A DNA stretch of 64,000 nt, taken from assembly GCF_009914755.1 (NCBI RefSeq), contig NC_060927.1; one strand, written 5' to 3'. The position numbers and the translations under genes were made by a program. The notes under the pieces were generated by a model that saw only the letters and a list, made by a program, of their open reading frames with translations, ran no database searches and was not told the DNA's origin. Shown piece by piece: positions 15,933 to 29,905 of the stretch. This DNA is from the human T2T-CHM13v2.0 reference genome, Homo sapiens. Positions within the stretch are counted from its first letter, which is position 1. Every line of letters starts with the position of its first letter.

Positions 15933-16279
15933 CTGAAGACTTTGGTCTATAGTTCTTGGGATTCCACAGAGAGCCTCTAAGAAAAAATCTGACCTCCTGG
16001 CCTAACTACCTGGTTGCTCCACACAAAACAGGTTTTACAGATTGTTGAGGTGGACAGATGCCCAAGAGGCATGATTTCCAGGGAGCTTGGAAAACCTCTG
16101 AAATACTTCCTTTTGACTGAAATCCTTTTAACAGCTAACAATGTCTCTATAAAGCAACTGCCCCCAGGGAAAGAAAACACCATGACTGAAACTCAGGTTG
16201 AAGGTGGAAATGATCCACCTGATCCTAGATTATAGAATCTTAGATTGAGAATATTATAGCTACTGGTGCTACTGACGAT

Positions 16280-17035
16280 AGTACGGTCCAGGTGCTATCC
16301 TAACAAATGCTTCACTTACACTAAGTCATTCTCACAACTACCTATGAGGCAAGGGCTTTCATGATTCCCATTCTACAAGTGACTGCAGACTTAGGCAAGG
16401 TAAAGGCGTGCCCCAGTGCACACACCTGGAAACTATCATCCTGATCACCTGACATCAGATTTATCTTTTAAACTAAGAAAGGAATGTATAGATCATTTAG
16501 ACCAATGCTTTCTTTTTAAAGAATGAGAAATGGAGAAGCAGACAGTAGAAGTATGCAACCACCATTATGCAGCCAGTAAGTGGCAGAGCAGGAACCCACG
16601 TCCAAGAATTTCTGAATTTTGGAGTCCAAATTCCAGGCTCTTTTGAAGGAGCAGGTGTGATGGGGTAAAGGGGAAAGATGTAAAGGATTCTGAGTGTGTG
16701 AAGTTTAGGACAGAAAGAAAGCTGCTGAGAGCAATGAGCACATACTTCATACCTCCTTCACAGATTCCCCACAGTGGCAGTGCGGTGACCCAGAGCTTAA
16801 CTTATTGAGCCCTTACTATGCACCAAACCCCTTTCTAAGAGGGAGCAATGTGTGTTTTGATACCAATGAAGGCATGGGATAAAGTCCCAGCTGTGCCACC
16901 TTCACTGCATGTCCTTAAAGCACTTAATCCATGTGACCTCTGAAGAAGCAGAGAGTGGGAGAGGCAAGGCCATTTGCTCAAAGTCACACAGCCAGGGACT
17001 GGTAGAACAGAAGCTCAAATCTAGGTTTTAGCACT
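16280..17035 (-). mobile_element. cluster of MIR fragments
   Basis: Reverse MIR cores (CTCACAACTACCTATGAGG; CAGCCAGTAAGTGGCAGAGC; TTTGCTCAAAGTCACACAGC). Confidence 0.65.
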
Positions 17036-18145
17036 CATAGCAATTGGTAAAGACAGAATGGAATAATTTATCATGATTTTGGTGTTTGTTGTTTTGGAGT
17101 TTTGTTGCTTACATGTTTGCTTTTAATCTGAGGAGGAAGGGTGAAAGTGAGACAGGTTGCTGGCCTTCCAGGTGCTGCATCCTAACTGTGAGTGACATCT
17201 CTGCTAAACACCAGCCCAGGGGCCATTAGCCCTGAAGCTGCTTCCCTGGCTCTCCCCAGGTGCCCAGTGCTGTGCTCCCCACAAGGCCAGCTCTCAGCAA
17301 CAAGCAGCCTCTCCGACTTCCTGTGGGAAAGGGTGCCCTGGTGACCTGGAACAGACAAAAGGGTCATTTGGAGAATGGAGCAATTAGCTGTTCATGCTGA
17401 ACTGCTGCCATCAGTGACCTGGGAAGTAGAAGTGAAAGAGCCCTGCCCTCATCACAATATTACAGTGAGCTGGGAGTCTGGGGGCCTTGACCACTTGGGA
17501 GCAGACAATCCTAGGAGCTGCTGTTATCCAAGATGTCAGAGCCCTTTGGCTCTGCTACAGGAAGCGACCCATGTATTCCCAGGACCTAGCTGGCATTTGG
17601 AGAAAGGGGGTTAGCTGTAAGCAACCAACTGGCTTAAAGGGATGTGCACATCTCAGGGCCTGAGCAGCTCGGGGCCCCAGAGCCTCACTACTCTGTGCCA
17701 AGTTTCCACGTGATGGATCGTAACCATTAATTAGACACCTGGGTGATGTTTATGGCCCATGAGTTCAATCTCTGTTAAGATTTTTTAATAAATCAAACCC
17801 TCCTGAAACCATCTGCCAATGGAGGAGGAAGAACTAAGTGAGAGGCAGGTAACTAAATGGCAGAGTTCTGGCTCTGAAATCTTACAAACCTGAAACGAAA
17901 TCCCCAAAAGCTGTCAGTCTGTGTTGCTCCTGGGTGACTCCTTAACTTCTCTAAACCTTGATTTCATCATATGTAATGTGGGAATAAAGTAGGAATAATA
18001 TTTCTCATTTTTATTAGAATTGCTTTTAGACTACACAATAAATGTTAGCTCTTATACTGTATTGTAATTACCCATTCTCTCGTTTGAGTCCCCTGATAAA
18101 CAATAAATTATGTAAGAATAGAAACTGACTTCCATGCTCATCTCT

Positions 18146-18657
18146 TCGCTTAGGCTGGCTTGCTCCAGAAGCATCGCAAGACAAGGATTTGAGAGCAATA
18201 AGTTCATTTGGTGGTGGTCCCACAAGGCAGGAGTAGGAGACTAGGGAAACAAGGCAGGAAAGGGGGAGGGAGTGGTGAATGCAGTGTCTAGCCTGCTACT
18301 GCTGTGGGCGGCTGAGGCTCAGTCCCATTGGGATCCTCTGGCACAGCATGCTTCAGGGGTTTCCCACTGGAACGGTGAGCAAGCTGGGTGCTTATCTACC
18401 CCAGCATGTCCATCTTTGCACGAAGGTAAGAGTTGAGCGAGCGAGGAAGCAGGGCTGTTAATCCACTAATTCCCATTCACTCTTGGGTGAGGGCTGCTGT
18501 TGGCACATTGATTCCTTGGCACTTCTACCTGCCCTGGGTACCTGAGAGAAAGGCCCCAGGCAGAGAGTTGCAGGAGCTTGCCTAGAACATCAGCAGCAGG
18601 CACTGACACAGCCAATGCCCTCAGGAAAATGGGCAGGACACCAGCAGTATCTTCTAT
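18146..18657 (-). mobile_element. ERVL solo LTR (LTR33-like)
   Basis: CTTAGGCTGG..CCAGAAGCA..AGACAAGGATTTGAG..; GAGGGCTGCT..GGCACTTCT..GAAAGGCCCCAGGCAGAGAGTTGCAGG. Confidence 0.7.
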
Positions 18658-19217
18658 TCCTCTAGATCCCTGGCTCCTAGCACAATGCCTGGCACATGGC
18701 TGGTCCCAATAAATATTGAATGAATGAATAGAGGAAATATACACAGATATTGTTAACTATAATACAATATAGTAACTGATCAGAACCATGAAAAGACCAT
18801 TAAATTACCAAGGGAGATTAAAAGGGGATAAAATTTACTTTTATTGAGGGGGTATCATGAAGGTTTTAAAGAGGCAACAGTTGAACCGGCTCTTTGAGGA
18901 TAGGTAGCCTCTGAGCTTCTGGGAACCTTAGGCTATATTCATTGTATCTCCGGAACCTAGCATACTTAGCACATTGCAGGGACTTAATACATTTTTGTTC
19001 TGTGGTAAACCTGGCCAAGTGGCAAGCAGAAGAAAGGTATCCCAGCAGAAAGATTTGCATGAATAATGGAGACCAGCATGTATGCTACCAACTAGAAAAA
19101 GCAAGAAGTTCAGTTTGGCTGGAATACAAGTGCAAGCAGTGTCTGGTGCGTTGGGATGGTAGATTGCAGTTGGAATAAATTAATATCTCACTGAGGATCT
19201 TGGACCTTATTATATGG

Positions 19218-19646
19218 TGTGGTAGTGATAAGCCCCTGCAAGAATCAGAGCTCCCTATATCCCTGTTGTGATTCTGGGCTTGGCTAATGGTACGTTAGCA
19301 AATGTGATACAAGCAAAGCCTGAGAAGTACTTCCATATTGGGGCTTGGCTTCTCTTGCTGCCCTTAGGAACCCTAAGATCACATATGAAGAAGCCAAGGC
19401 TTAGCCTGCCAGAGGATGAGAGACCAGGTACACCAAAGACAAGCTGTCCTCAAAAGGCTCCCATACCAACCAGCCTACCCACCTTCACACCCATGAATGA
19501 AGCCATCCTAGACACACCAGCCCCAGCAGAGGTGACCCACACCAGAAGGATCTAACTAACCCTCAGAATTATGATAAATAATAATTCTTTGTTTTAGTCC
19601 ACTAAGTTTTAGAGCGGTTTAGTATGCAGTGAAAACTACTGATACA
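19218..19646 (+). mobile_element. MaLR solo LTR (MLT1F/G-like)
   Basis: TTAGCAAATGTGATACAAGCA..GAAGAAGCC..GAGGATGAGAGACCA..CCACTAAGTTTT..CTGATACA end. Confidence 0.75.
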
Positions 19647-21519
19647 ACTGGAGAGTTACTGAAGGGTCTTAGAGGAGGGAAGGATATGTACTGAGGCTTT
19701 AAGATTAATCTGAAAATATTTGCAGGATTTAGGGAGCAGTGGTTCTAGCTGTTTCTCACTGGAACAGGTAAACCAATCCTATGCTCTCCCCTTCTCTGAA
19801 TTTGTCTAGCACTAAGACTGAGACAGCACACACACAGGAACCCTTCATTATATTGTGGATTTACCACCTAGAGCTACTTGTTCCAGAGAAGATGTGAGAC
19901 TTGCTCTTTTGGATCTAAATTTCTCAAGTGGGGGCCAAAAGCCAGGGGTGGGATTCCAAGATAATAAGGCAATTGAACTATTACCACGTGCCAATACAAG
20001 AGGGATACCAATGAAATAATCTGAAATTCAGGGCAGCTGAACTACAGAGAAAAATAGTTCAGAGCTGGAGTTCAGGTCAGGATAAAGGAATGACTTTCAC
20101 AACCCTGAGACAGAGTTCATGCTGGAGTTCATTATAGCTGCTGTTTATAACCTTTGACCCTGACTCTTTCGCCCTTGCATATAGCCAGAATCACTTAGCG
20201 GAACTGAAAGGTAATGAAGATTTGTGGAATTATTTTGATTCCAAAGCTATGATAAAAAGGCTAGGTAAGAAAGGAGGTTTAAATCACTGCCTAATTTTAG
20301 CCATGCTACTCTTCTCCCCAACTATTCTAAGAATTGGATACATTATGCCATGCCAACAAATTCAAGATAGAGACAGTGTTCCCTAACAGTGCCCTTCACT
20401 TTTGAAGATTCCATGTTTACAAAGTTCATCACTATAACCCTTCCAGCAACTTCATACTGCAGCTCTGGGCTGTGTGTGTGGTATTTTACCAATAACCCCA
20501 CCAAGGTCGCAACATGTGACTTACTACGGGGCCAGAGCAAGTCGATAACATCAAACCTGAGTTAGAAACCGCACCTCCAAATGTCCTATCCACATCCTCA
20601 GCGCTGTCCTCGCTTAACTGCTTATGATTTCCCCAAAGATGAGAACAAGGATAATTTATGAAAATAGAACGATTGCTCACGTTGTTTCCAATTCAATGTA
20701 CTCTTCAGCATGCAAATCACACGAGACTTTAGCTAAGGTATGGGGCAGGGAGAGGGTGAAGAATTTGGGTTTGGTGCTGCTAGATTTGATTTACCTTAAA
20801 AAATCATAATCCACTATAATTACGATAAGGAACCCAGAACTGAAGCTCTGCCCAGCCCACTACCCCTGCTACACTCATTTTTCTAACTTCAAAGGGAGCC
20901 GATCCTCTGATTACTGGTAAGCAGCATTGAGAGCGTGAGTCTTTGTGTCTCTGTGGAACCAATTATCGGTAGGCCTGGAAAATTAAAAAGTTGAATTATG
21001 TTCTCGTGGATGCATATTCAGACGGTAGGCACTAGTGCAGAGAAGAGAGTTCTAACAATCCTCTCCAGAAAAATCCTGGTCAAAACACAGGACTTCAGCA
21101 ATCTGCTCTTTTCACTTGCTCAGGACTCGGGCTTCAGGTTTGGGTGTGGACTGTGTGCAGGGCCTATATTTAGTGATTATTTTGCATATGTTCTCTCAAA
21201 AAGTTTCACAGATGCCTCACGCTGGCAGTTGGGGGTATATTTCCTTTTAGTGGGGACTATCTGTTGTCTGAATTTGCCAAGCCGCTCATACACAGATAAC
21301 GGATTTCACATTCAGTTTAGAGGGAGACTGATGGGCCTTTGAATCTATGACAAGCAAGACCCAATTGTAGCATAGTAGACAGATATAATAGCACAGGCTT
21401 AAGAGAAAGGAAACCACAAGCGCCCCAGGTTTTATTATTAATAATAACATTAAATATCATTGCTGATAAAGTTATAAATAATAATAGCAGATAATATTTA
21501 TTGAGCTCTTAATAGACGC

Positions 21520-22180
21520 CTCCGTCCAAAAATCAGCTCTACCACTTGCTGTTGATTTGAGCTTGGAAAGTGACTGTATTAGTCTCACAGGGCTGCCATA
21601 ACAAAGTACCTAACACTAGGTGCTTAAACCACAGAAATGTATCTCCTCACAGCTGTAAGGACTGGAAGTCTGAAATTAAGGTGTCCCAGGGCCATGCTGT
21701 CTCTGGGGACTCTAGGGGATAATCTCTCCTCTCCTTTTCTAGCTTCTGGTATTTGCTGGCAGTCCTTGGCATTCCTTGGTTTGTAGATATGCCACTCCTG
21801 TCCATTGCCATCTTCTCTTTGTGCATGTTGGTCTCCGTGTCCCAATTTCCCCTTTCTATAGGGACTGCAGTCCTAATGAATTAGACCCCAACAAACGACC
21901 TGATATTAACTTGATTACCTCCATAAAGATCCTATTTCTAAATAAGGCCACATTTTTTTGAGATACTAGGAATTAGGACATCAATGTATCTTTTATGTGA
22001 CAGACATTTCAACCCATTAGAGTTACCTAACCTCCCTCCTAACACCACTTCCCCTTTATAAAATGAGGATAAAAGTGCTGACCTCACAGGGCTGTGGAGA
22101 ACCTGGGGCTATGCATGTAGAAGGATTAGCACAGTGCCTGGCACATGGCTGGAAGGCATCAAATGTTAGCTAGTATTATT
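21520..22180 (+). mobile_element. MIR split by an MLT1C LTR
   Basis: CAGCTCTACCACTT..CTTGGAAAG before the LTR; TTACCTAACCTC..TAAAATGAGGATA..ACAGTGCCTGGCACAT after it. Confidence 0.75.
21575..22021 (-). mobile_element. MaLR solo LTR (MLT1C-like) nested in MIR
   Basis: TGTATTAGT..GGGCTGCCATAACAAAGTACC..AATAAGGCCACATT..TTCAACCCAT; TSD GTGAC/GTTAC (21570-21574, 22022-22026). Confidence 0.9.
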
Positions 22181-22771
22181 ATGAAATGGGGATATAGAGC
22201 CTTAGAGCTCAATTTATTTTGCTTTGCTTATACAGAAGTCCATATGGATAACATTTTCCTCCAACTCTAAAGGGCATAATGATTTTTCATAACAGCGTAA
22301 GTTGATTTTTACATCTTGTACTTTACAAAGGAACTATATATTTGAATAAAATTTACTATTTATTTGAGTATTGCCATGTATTCATACTACGATACAATTG
22401 CCTTGAATAAATACCTTACTCCCAGCAAGTAAATAAACCCTAAATGTTAAAAATCTGAACAATTTAAACATGGCTAGAAAATGCACCTTCTATATTATTC
22501 CTAAAATAAAAGAAATAAAGGCTCTAAAATGCAATATTGAATTCCCCCAACCATGCTGATGTAGGTAAACTGTATTTCAGATATTGGGAAATAGCCTCAT
22601 AAACTGAGAAGAACACGGCTTTTAGATTCAAGTACATATGGATTCAACTTCCACCTTTACCCCTACAGCTCTGTGACCAGTGGGAAGTTATGTAGCTTTG
22701 TTCAGCCTTGGTTTCTTCATCTGCGAAATTAGGAAAATAATACTCCTTCAAAAGTGAGAGAGCGTAACCTG

Positions 22772-23220
22772 CAGTGGATGAATGGATAAACAAAATGTGC
22801 TATGTACATATAATGGAATATTATTCAGCCTTAAAAAGGAAGGAAATTCTGACACACGCTATAACATGGATTAACCTTGAGAACATTATGCTAAGTGAAA
22901 TAAACCAGTCATCAATAGACAGATACTGTATTATTCCACTTATGTGAGGTACCTAAAGTCATCAAATTCATAGAGGTAAAAAACATAAAGGCTTTTGCCA
23001 AGGTCCAGGGGGAGGGTAGAATGAGGAGCTACTGTTCACTGGGTAGAGAGCTTTAATTTTGCAAGATGAAAAGAGTTCTGGAAATGGCTGCTCATGATGG
23101 TTTCAAAACGATGTGAATATCCCTAATGCCACTAAACTGTACACTTTAAAAATGGTTACGATGGCAAATCTTATGTTATATATATTTTACTCTAATTTTT
23201 AAAATAAATTTAAAAAATAA
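22772..23220 (+). mobile_element. L1MB-type 3' fragment
   Basis: GATGAATGGATAAACAAAATGTG..ATGGAATATTATTCAGCCTTAAAAAGGAAGGAAATTCTGACA..TAATGCCACT. Confidence 0.9.
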
Positions 23221-23859
23221 ATCCTAAAACATTGTTTAAAATGTGAAATAGTTTAAGGAAATCCCCTAATGTGACGCCTAGAATAGAAGCGGGTAGCTAT
23301 TAGACACATTCCTTCTTTAGTTTTCTCCCTCCTCCCCACCATAAATAGTTGCAAAAATAATTGGAGTGTGCACATAGCCAAAGATTTAATGCCACATAGC
23401 CAAACAAACACCAGATAATTCAGGAACCCTTGATTCTGAAGTGAAGCTTATAAGAAGATGAACCACATTGGATCAGGAAATAAGAAAACCAGTCCATATG
23501 TTGCAATTAACTTGTTCTGTGATTGGGAGCAAGTCACTTAGCTTCTTTGGACCTGTTTTCTCATCTGTCAAATAAGGAGGGTTGAACTAGGTAATCTAAA
23601 TGAAATCCAAGTCCTTAGAGGCTTGTATTACATAAATCAAGTCAAGACATGGTATTTAAGAATGAAGGGTCATAGTTTAGCATGCTAATAATTCTTCTTC
23701 ATGCAAAAACATAGGAGGGGGAAATAAATATCTTTTATCGTAATACCATGATAAATTTGCTGGGTGGGGGGAGGAATAGATTATAAGACAGGCCGAAAGG
23801 AGCAATTAATAGCGAAATGTCACACTATTCTATATCAAATGTTATGCATTTAAAAGAAT

Positions 23860-24000
23860 ATGTCAGTTTTGCAAGATGAACAAGTTCTAGAAATGTGTTG
23901 CACAATGATGTGTATGTAGTTAACAACTCTGCACTGTACATTTAAAATGGTGAAGATGGTAAATTTTATATTATGGGTTTTTTGCCACAACTTAAAAAAA
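23860..24000 (+). mobile_element. short L1MA/MB 3' end
   Basis: CAGTTTTGCAAGATGAA..GTTCTAGA..CACTGTACATTTAAAATGG..TTTTGCCACAA. Confidence 0.7.
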
Positions 24001-24278
24001 GAATATGGGCAACTATTTTCTTTCTTTAACATCCTCATTTTTCAAAAACAATACCAGTGGTTTTCAAGCTTTTTTACAAAGAGCAAATCCATTCTTCTAA
24101 CAAAGTTTCATAAGAAAAATAACTGTAAAAAAAATATATGGAGTTGAAAGTGAGGCATGAGATGGAGGTAACGAATATTCCCAGTATGAGCCTCTCTCCC
24201 TTGTTCCTTGGGCCTGCTCCTGAGTTCTGCAAAGACTCCCTAGTGCTCCAGGAGGCTGGTTTAAAAATCAATGCTTTA

Positions 24279-24614
<336 letters not shown>

Positions 24615-24894
24615 TGTAAATGGCCCTCACCATGCATTCGACTGGGAATTAATGGTGGTAGAGCTTTGTTCAACTGAGCCCCACAATCCATCTAACCATT
24701 TACTGCAATACTGTAAAAGTGGACCTTAGAGGGGGTATTTCTATCTGCTTTCAGGAAGAGATATTATGGATATACTAGAGGTAAAAAACCCCCAAGTTTA
24801 GCACATTCTCAATAAAAATGTGTATAAATGACTGAATTCATGAAGGGACCCAAGCTCCAGGAAAAGCATAGCAGGAGAAGTATTTTATTAATCT

Positions 24895-25330
24895 ATCCAT
24901 TCATTCATTTATTTATTCGAAAGCATTTCTTTATCATCAATTATATTCCAGATTATTGTTAAGCACAGGGAATAAAAACATGAATCAGATACAGTCCCTA
25001 CCCTCAAGGAACTCACTCTCTGGTACAAGAGACATGTTTCAAAAGGTCATTGTAAAGAAATGTGGAAAAGGCAAGAATTATGCACAGAGGGCTATGGGAG
25101 TACCAAGCCAGCTGTGAGGGAGCCAGGGAAGACTTCTTGAAGGAAGGATTAAGAGCTAGCTGCTCAATGACAGGAGAAGGTCATGGAAGGTGTAGACAAA
25201 ATAATGAGCATGTGTCCATGTGTGGGAAGTGGCTTGGTGTGTTGGGAAGAACACAACACAGAGAAGGAATGGGAGACATGAAGCCACAGGCAGGGTTGTG
25301 GAGAGTTTTGCATGTGAGTAGGGCCTGTCT
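24895..25330 (-). mobile_element. L2 fragment
   Basis: CATTCATTCA start; AGTCCCTACCCTCAAGGAACTCAC; CAGGGAAGACTTCTTGAAGGA. Confidence 0.7.
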
Positions 25331-25497
25331 GCATTTTTCTCCCTTGGCTTTGCCTGGCTCCTTTCCTTCCATCCTAGGGGACCTCCCACTGACACTCCAC
25401 AGAGCTTTGAGTTCTATAATCTGTAGCTTATTCCCACTCCATGGAGAAAGAGGAAAGAAGGCTAAGAGGAAGAAGGAAAGGGCATTTCACCTCCTCA

Positions 25498-25830
<333 letters not shown>

Positions 25831-27099
25831 AGATCACAACGTTTACCCATAAAAGAAAACAACAATGTTGCTTCATGAGTCCTTGATGGGTTTCTGAGAG
25901 GCAGAAGCATTTGACCTGAAGGTGCTGTGTGGAAAGGGCCCGCTGAGAACTCCTCCTCCACCAACTCCCCAGGACCAAGCTATCTATAGGTGCTGGGTGT
26001 TCACGGCTGACTTGCCCAGCATCAGGGAGGCCTGGTCCCTCAACCTCAGTTCAAGGCCCTCAGGTACTTGGAGCTCAAGACTTCCCCTCCTTAGGACACT
26101 CTACTTTCCAGCTTTGTTTAATGAAAACATTCACTTCTGATTCAATAGCATTAGAAAACCCAGATTTCATTTCCCTTTACAACAGCATGAACACCTGAAT
26201 CGTTCCCCTACTGGGAGTCTCTTTGGAGTTTGAATCAAAATGCTGACCATAATGGAGGGACTTCTCTCTCTTATATGAACATCCACTAGATAAACATCAA
26301 ACAAACGTAGATATGAAAATGCTGACATGGGGGAGACAGGAATGAAAATCTGTTAGGAAAGACCTCAGAATTCCCTATACTCTTTCTAAGTAGATAGAGA
26401 TACAGATAAACATCCCAAATTTTAAGTTTTTAAATCTTTTAGTTGATAAAAATCAAAGCAGTGACTGATCCCATGTGGTCCAGACCACTGTTCTCATCTA
26501 AGGCAACCTCAGAAACCCAACAGCCCCATTGAGTAGATTCAGACCACAGGTTACTGGGAGAAGATGGATTTCAGGAACAGCAAAAATCAAAAGCAAATAT
26601 TCTTTTGAAGCTTGCAAAATCACTGTTTTAGAATCTGAATTATATTGGCAACCAGAGAGAATCAAGCATTCTTCTTCATTTCCCAAAATACTAACATTTC
26701 CCTTGTGGGAACTGATTCTCAATTTCTATTTATTACAAAAGGAAGAAAAACATGTTGAGGTCTTACATTCTCCTATTTTTTTTCACTTTTCCATTGTCCT
26801 GAATAGCAAAGTACCATATTACTCAGAATATGATTTTGCATATGCTATCAGATAAATCTAAAACATTTTTGTGGCTAAATTTAGATGTTTGTATAACATA
26901 CTGGGGGAAAATCACTTAAGTGATTTTGGCACTAATACTCAAAAGACGTGTTTCTACACTTTCAGTAAAACTACAACAAACGTGTTAAATATTTGGTAAA
27001 AACAGGGAGGCATGGTCAAAATTTGAAAATCAAAAAGTCTTAAATGAAAAAAGATAAGATGATGGCTCTACATTCCCATGAACTAGTACAAAAATTATT

Positions 27100-27645
27100 T
27101 TTTTTAAAACATACATATACTGTTTCTAGAGCAGTTTTGGGTTCACTACGAAATTAAGCAGAAAATATAGAATTTCCATATAACCATCCCACACCATGCG
27201 TAGCCTCCCTGATCAAGATCCCTCACCAGATGGCACGTTTGTTACAACTGATTAACCTACATTGATACATCCTTAGCACCCACAGGCCATAGTTGAATTA
27301 GGGTTCACTACAGTCTATGGGTCTTGACAAATGTGTAATGCCATGTAGCCACCATTATAACATCACACGGAATAGTGTCATTGTCCTAAAAATCCCCTGT
27401 GCTCAACTTGTTAGTCCTTCCTTCTCCCCAGTTTTGGACAACCACTGATCTTTTTCCTGTCTCCATAATTTTGACTTTTCCAGAATGTCATAAAGTTGGA
27501 ATCACGCAGTATATAGCCTTTTGAGATGGGCTTCTTTCACTTAATAATATGCATTTAATGTTCTTCCATAATTTTTCACTGTCTAGATATACCACAGTTT
27601 ATCCATTCACCTACTGAAGAAGAGCTTGGTTGCCTCCAAGTTCAA
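27100..27645 (-). mobile_element. L1MC-type 3' fragment
   Basis: AGAGCAGTTTTGGGTTCAC..TTGTTACAA.TGA..AACCTACATTGATACAT..CCAGAATGTCAT..TTATCCATTCACCTACTGAAG. Confidence 0.85.
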
Positions 27646-27979
27646 CAATTTGCTTTTAAACTTACTTATTTAAAGAGTGGCTAGCTCAGAATAATTGCTG
27701 TCTTTATTTTCTTATTTAATTTCAAAGGTGACCAAGACAACTCTTAAGGAACGCATGAATTCCCCTTAGCAACAACTCCAACAGACTGTCTGACTTTGCT
27801 TGCTTCTTCCTCTAATGATAACTCATCATTTTCATAAGGCAGCCCGTTTCATTACAGAATATTTCTATTTATTATTAAACAATTCTCCTAATGGTGGGTT
27901 TTCTCCTACACCTTTCAAGATAAATCTAGTTCCTTTCTATGTGTTTCCAAATTATCTTTTTACATGAAAATCTCAGTAT

Positions 27980-28732
27980 TTTTCTTTGTTTTTAACTTTT
28001 AGTTTCAGAGGTACATGTGCAGAATGTGCAGGTTTATTACTTGGTAAACTTGTGCATGGGGGTGTGTTGTACAGATGATTTCATCATCAAGGTATAAAGC
28101 CTAGTATCCACTAGTTATTTTTCCTGATCCTCTCCCTCCTCCCACCCTCCAATAGGCCCCAGTGTGTTGTTTTCCTCTATGTGTCCAAGCATTCTGCTAA
28201 AAGAAAAACTTCAGCCAAATTAAACTGAAAGGAGTTTAATTGAGCAATGAACGATTCACGAATAGGGTAGCCCCCAGAATCATAGCAGATTCAGAGAGAC
28301 TCCCAGGATGCCTCGTGGTCAGAACAAATTTATAGACAAAAAAAAAAAAGGTAGTGACGTACAGAAATCAGAAGTGAGGTAGAGAAACAGCTGGATTGGT
28401 TACGGGTTGACATTTGCCTTATTTGAACACAATTTGACACTCAGCAGTGTATGAGTGGTTGAAGTATGGCTGCTGGGATTGTCCAAGACTCCACCATTGT
28501 TATAGGTGCATACTCCTAAGTTAGGTTTTCTGTCCTGACTACCTATTAAGTTAGGTTACAGTTCGTCCACAAGGACACAAATATAGAAGTACAGAGTCCT
28601 TCTCAGGCCATATTTAGTTCATTTTAATACTTCTCGTCATTTAGCTGCCACATATAAGTGAGAACATGTGGTATTTGGCTGTCTGTTCCTGCATTAGTTT
28701 GCTAAGGATAATGGCTTCAGGCTCCATCCATG
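27980..28732 (-). mobile_element. 5'-truncated older L1PA (L1PA13-15-like) 3' end, interrupted by a MER57 LTR
   Basis: GTACATGTGCAG..TTTTTCCTGATCCTCTCCCTCCTCCCACCCTCC..TAAGTGAGAACATG; decayed TSD AAAATCTCAGTATTTTTCT / AAAACTCTTAGTATTTTTCT. Confidence 0.9.
28195..28629 (-). mobile_element. ERV1 solo LTR (MER57A-like)
   Basis: AAAAGAAAAACTTCAGCCAAATTAAA..GGAGTTTAATTGAGCAATGAACGATT..TTCTCAGGCCATATTTAGTT; 4-bp TSD ATTC/CTTC. Confidence 0.85.
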
Positions 28733-29377
28733 AGAAAACTCTTAGTATTTTTCTATTGTTGAAAGAAAAAAAAGTAAGAATTATTGCTTTATTGATTTTT
28801 CAAGCACTTTTGAAATTTATTCTCTTAAAATATTTACAATAAGCAGAGACTTTCAGATGCCCAGCGTGACCCCTCCCAGAAAAACCATCCCATCTGGCCA
28901 AGCTTTCTTTCCTCCAGGATTAGCATTGCTAATTCCTTGAAGTTTGCTCTCAAAACATCTTTTTGGGTCTCCCACATCATTCTGGGCATCCTCCTTTAAA
29001 CACAGTTCTTTTTCTCTACATTCTTCCTCCAGAATTGGGCACAATCTTCCATGAGTAGTCGGCTGAATGCAGAGGAGACGGAAACAGTGATCTTTCACGT
29101 GGAGTGAGTGTACATGTTTCCATGACTGCAGTTGGAGGCTGCATCAGCTTTCCTGCCTCGCCACTCTGAGACCACATGAAACCTGCAGTTCATTCAAACT
29201 CGCTCCTTCCCCATCTGCTCTACTCTGCCCCCTCACTTCATTACATTTTCCCTCTTAAATTTCATCCTATTGCATTTGGCCCATTGTAATTTTGGAGGGT
29301 ATATCTGTGACCTAAAATGCTAGCTCCCTCAACCTATTCTGCATTTATTGTTTTGATCAATTGCATTTAATTCACTA

Positions 29378-29905
29378 CTTCATTCATTCAACTGACATAT
29401 ATTGTCAATTATGGTGTCAGATTCTGGGCTAGCCTCTGGGGATCAATAACATTGGTCCCTATTCTTAGGAAATATACAATCTAGTGAAAAATTGCAGGTT
29501 ATAATTGATCAGAATAATGAATGTATAGCTACAAACTCTCTGAAATTAAAAGTACAATTTTATTAGTGATTATAGCTAAGTATTCTAATGTAGATATAGG
29601 CAGGAGAGTGATAAGGAAAGGCTTCCCTAGAGAAATGACAATTGAGCAGAGACCTAAAAGACAGAGAAGTTAACTAGCTAAAGGGGCGAATGGGGGAGTG
29701 GAGGGGAGCAGTCCAGCCAGAGGAAAAGCCCTGGAGAAAAGGCCCCGGAAGAGAAGGAGCATAGCATAGTTCAGGGACCTGAAGCAAGCCCAGGGTGTCT
29801 GGAATGCAGAGCAGTGGTCGTGGAAGGAATCCCACAAGGTGATGCCATAGACACAGACAAGGCCAGACCATGTAAGGGCTTTGTAGGGAGGATTAATGGA
29901 TTAAT
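29378..29905 (-). mobile_element. L2 fragment
   Basis: TTCATTCATTCAAC start; GGAAAGGCTTCCCTAGAGA..TTGAGCAGAGACCTAAA; GGCCAGACCATGTAAGGGC. Confidence 0.75.

Noticed and set aside
20343-20809. Short overlapping ORFs as a viral or mitochondrial insert
   Set aside because: No recognisable protein or mtDNA similarity in the frames I read; ORF lengths are at chance level.
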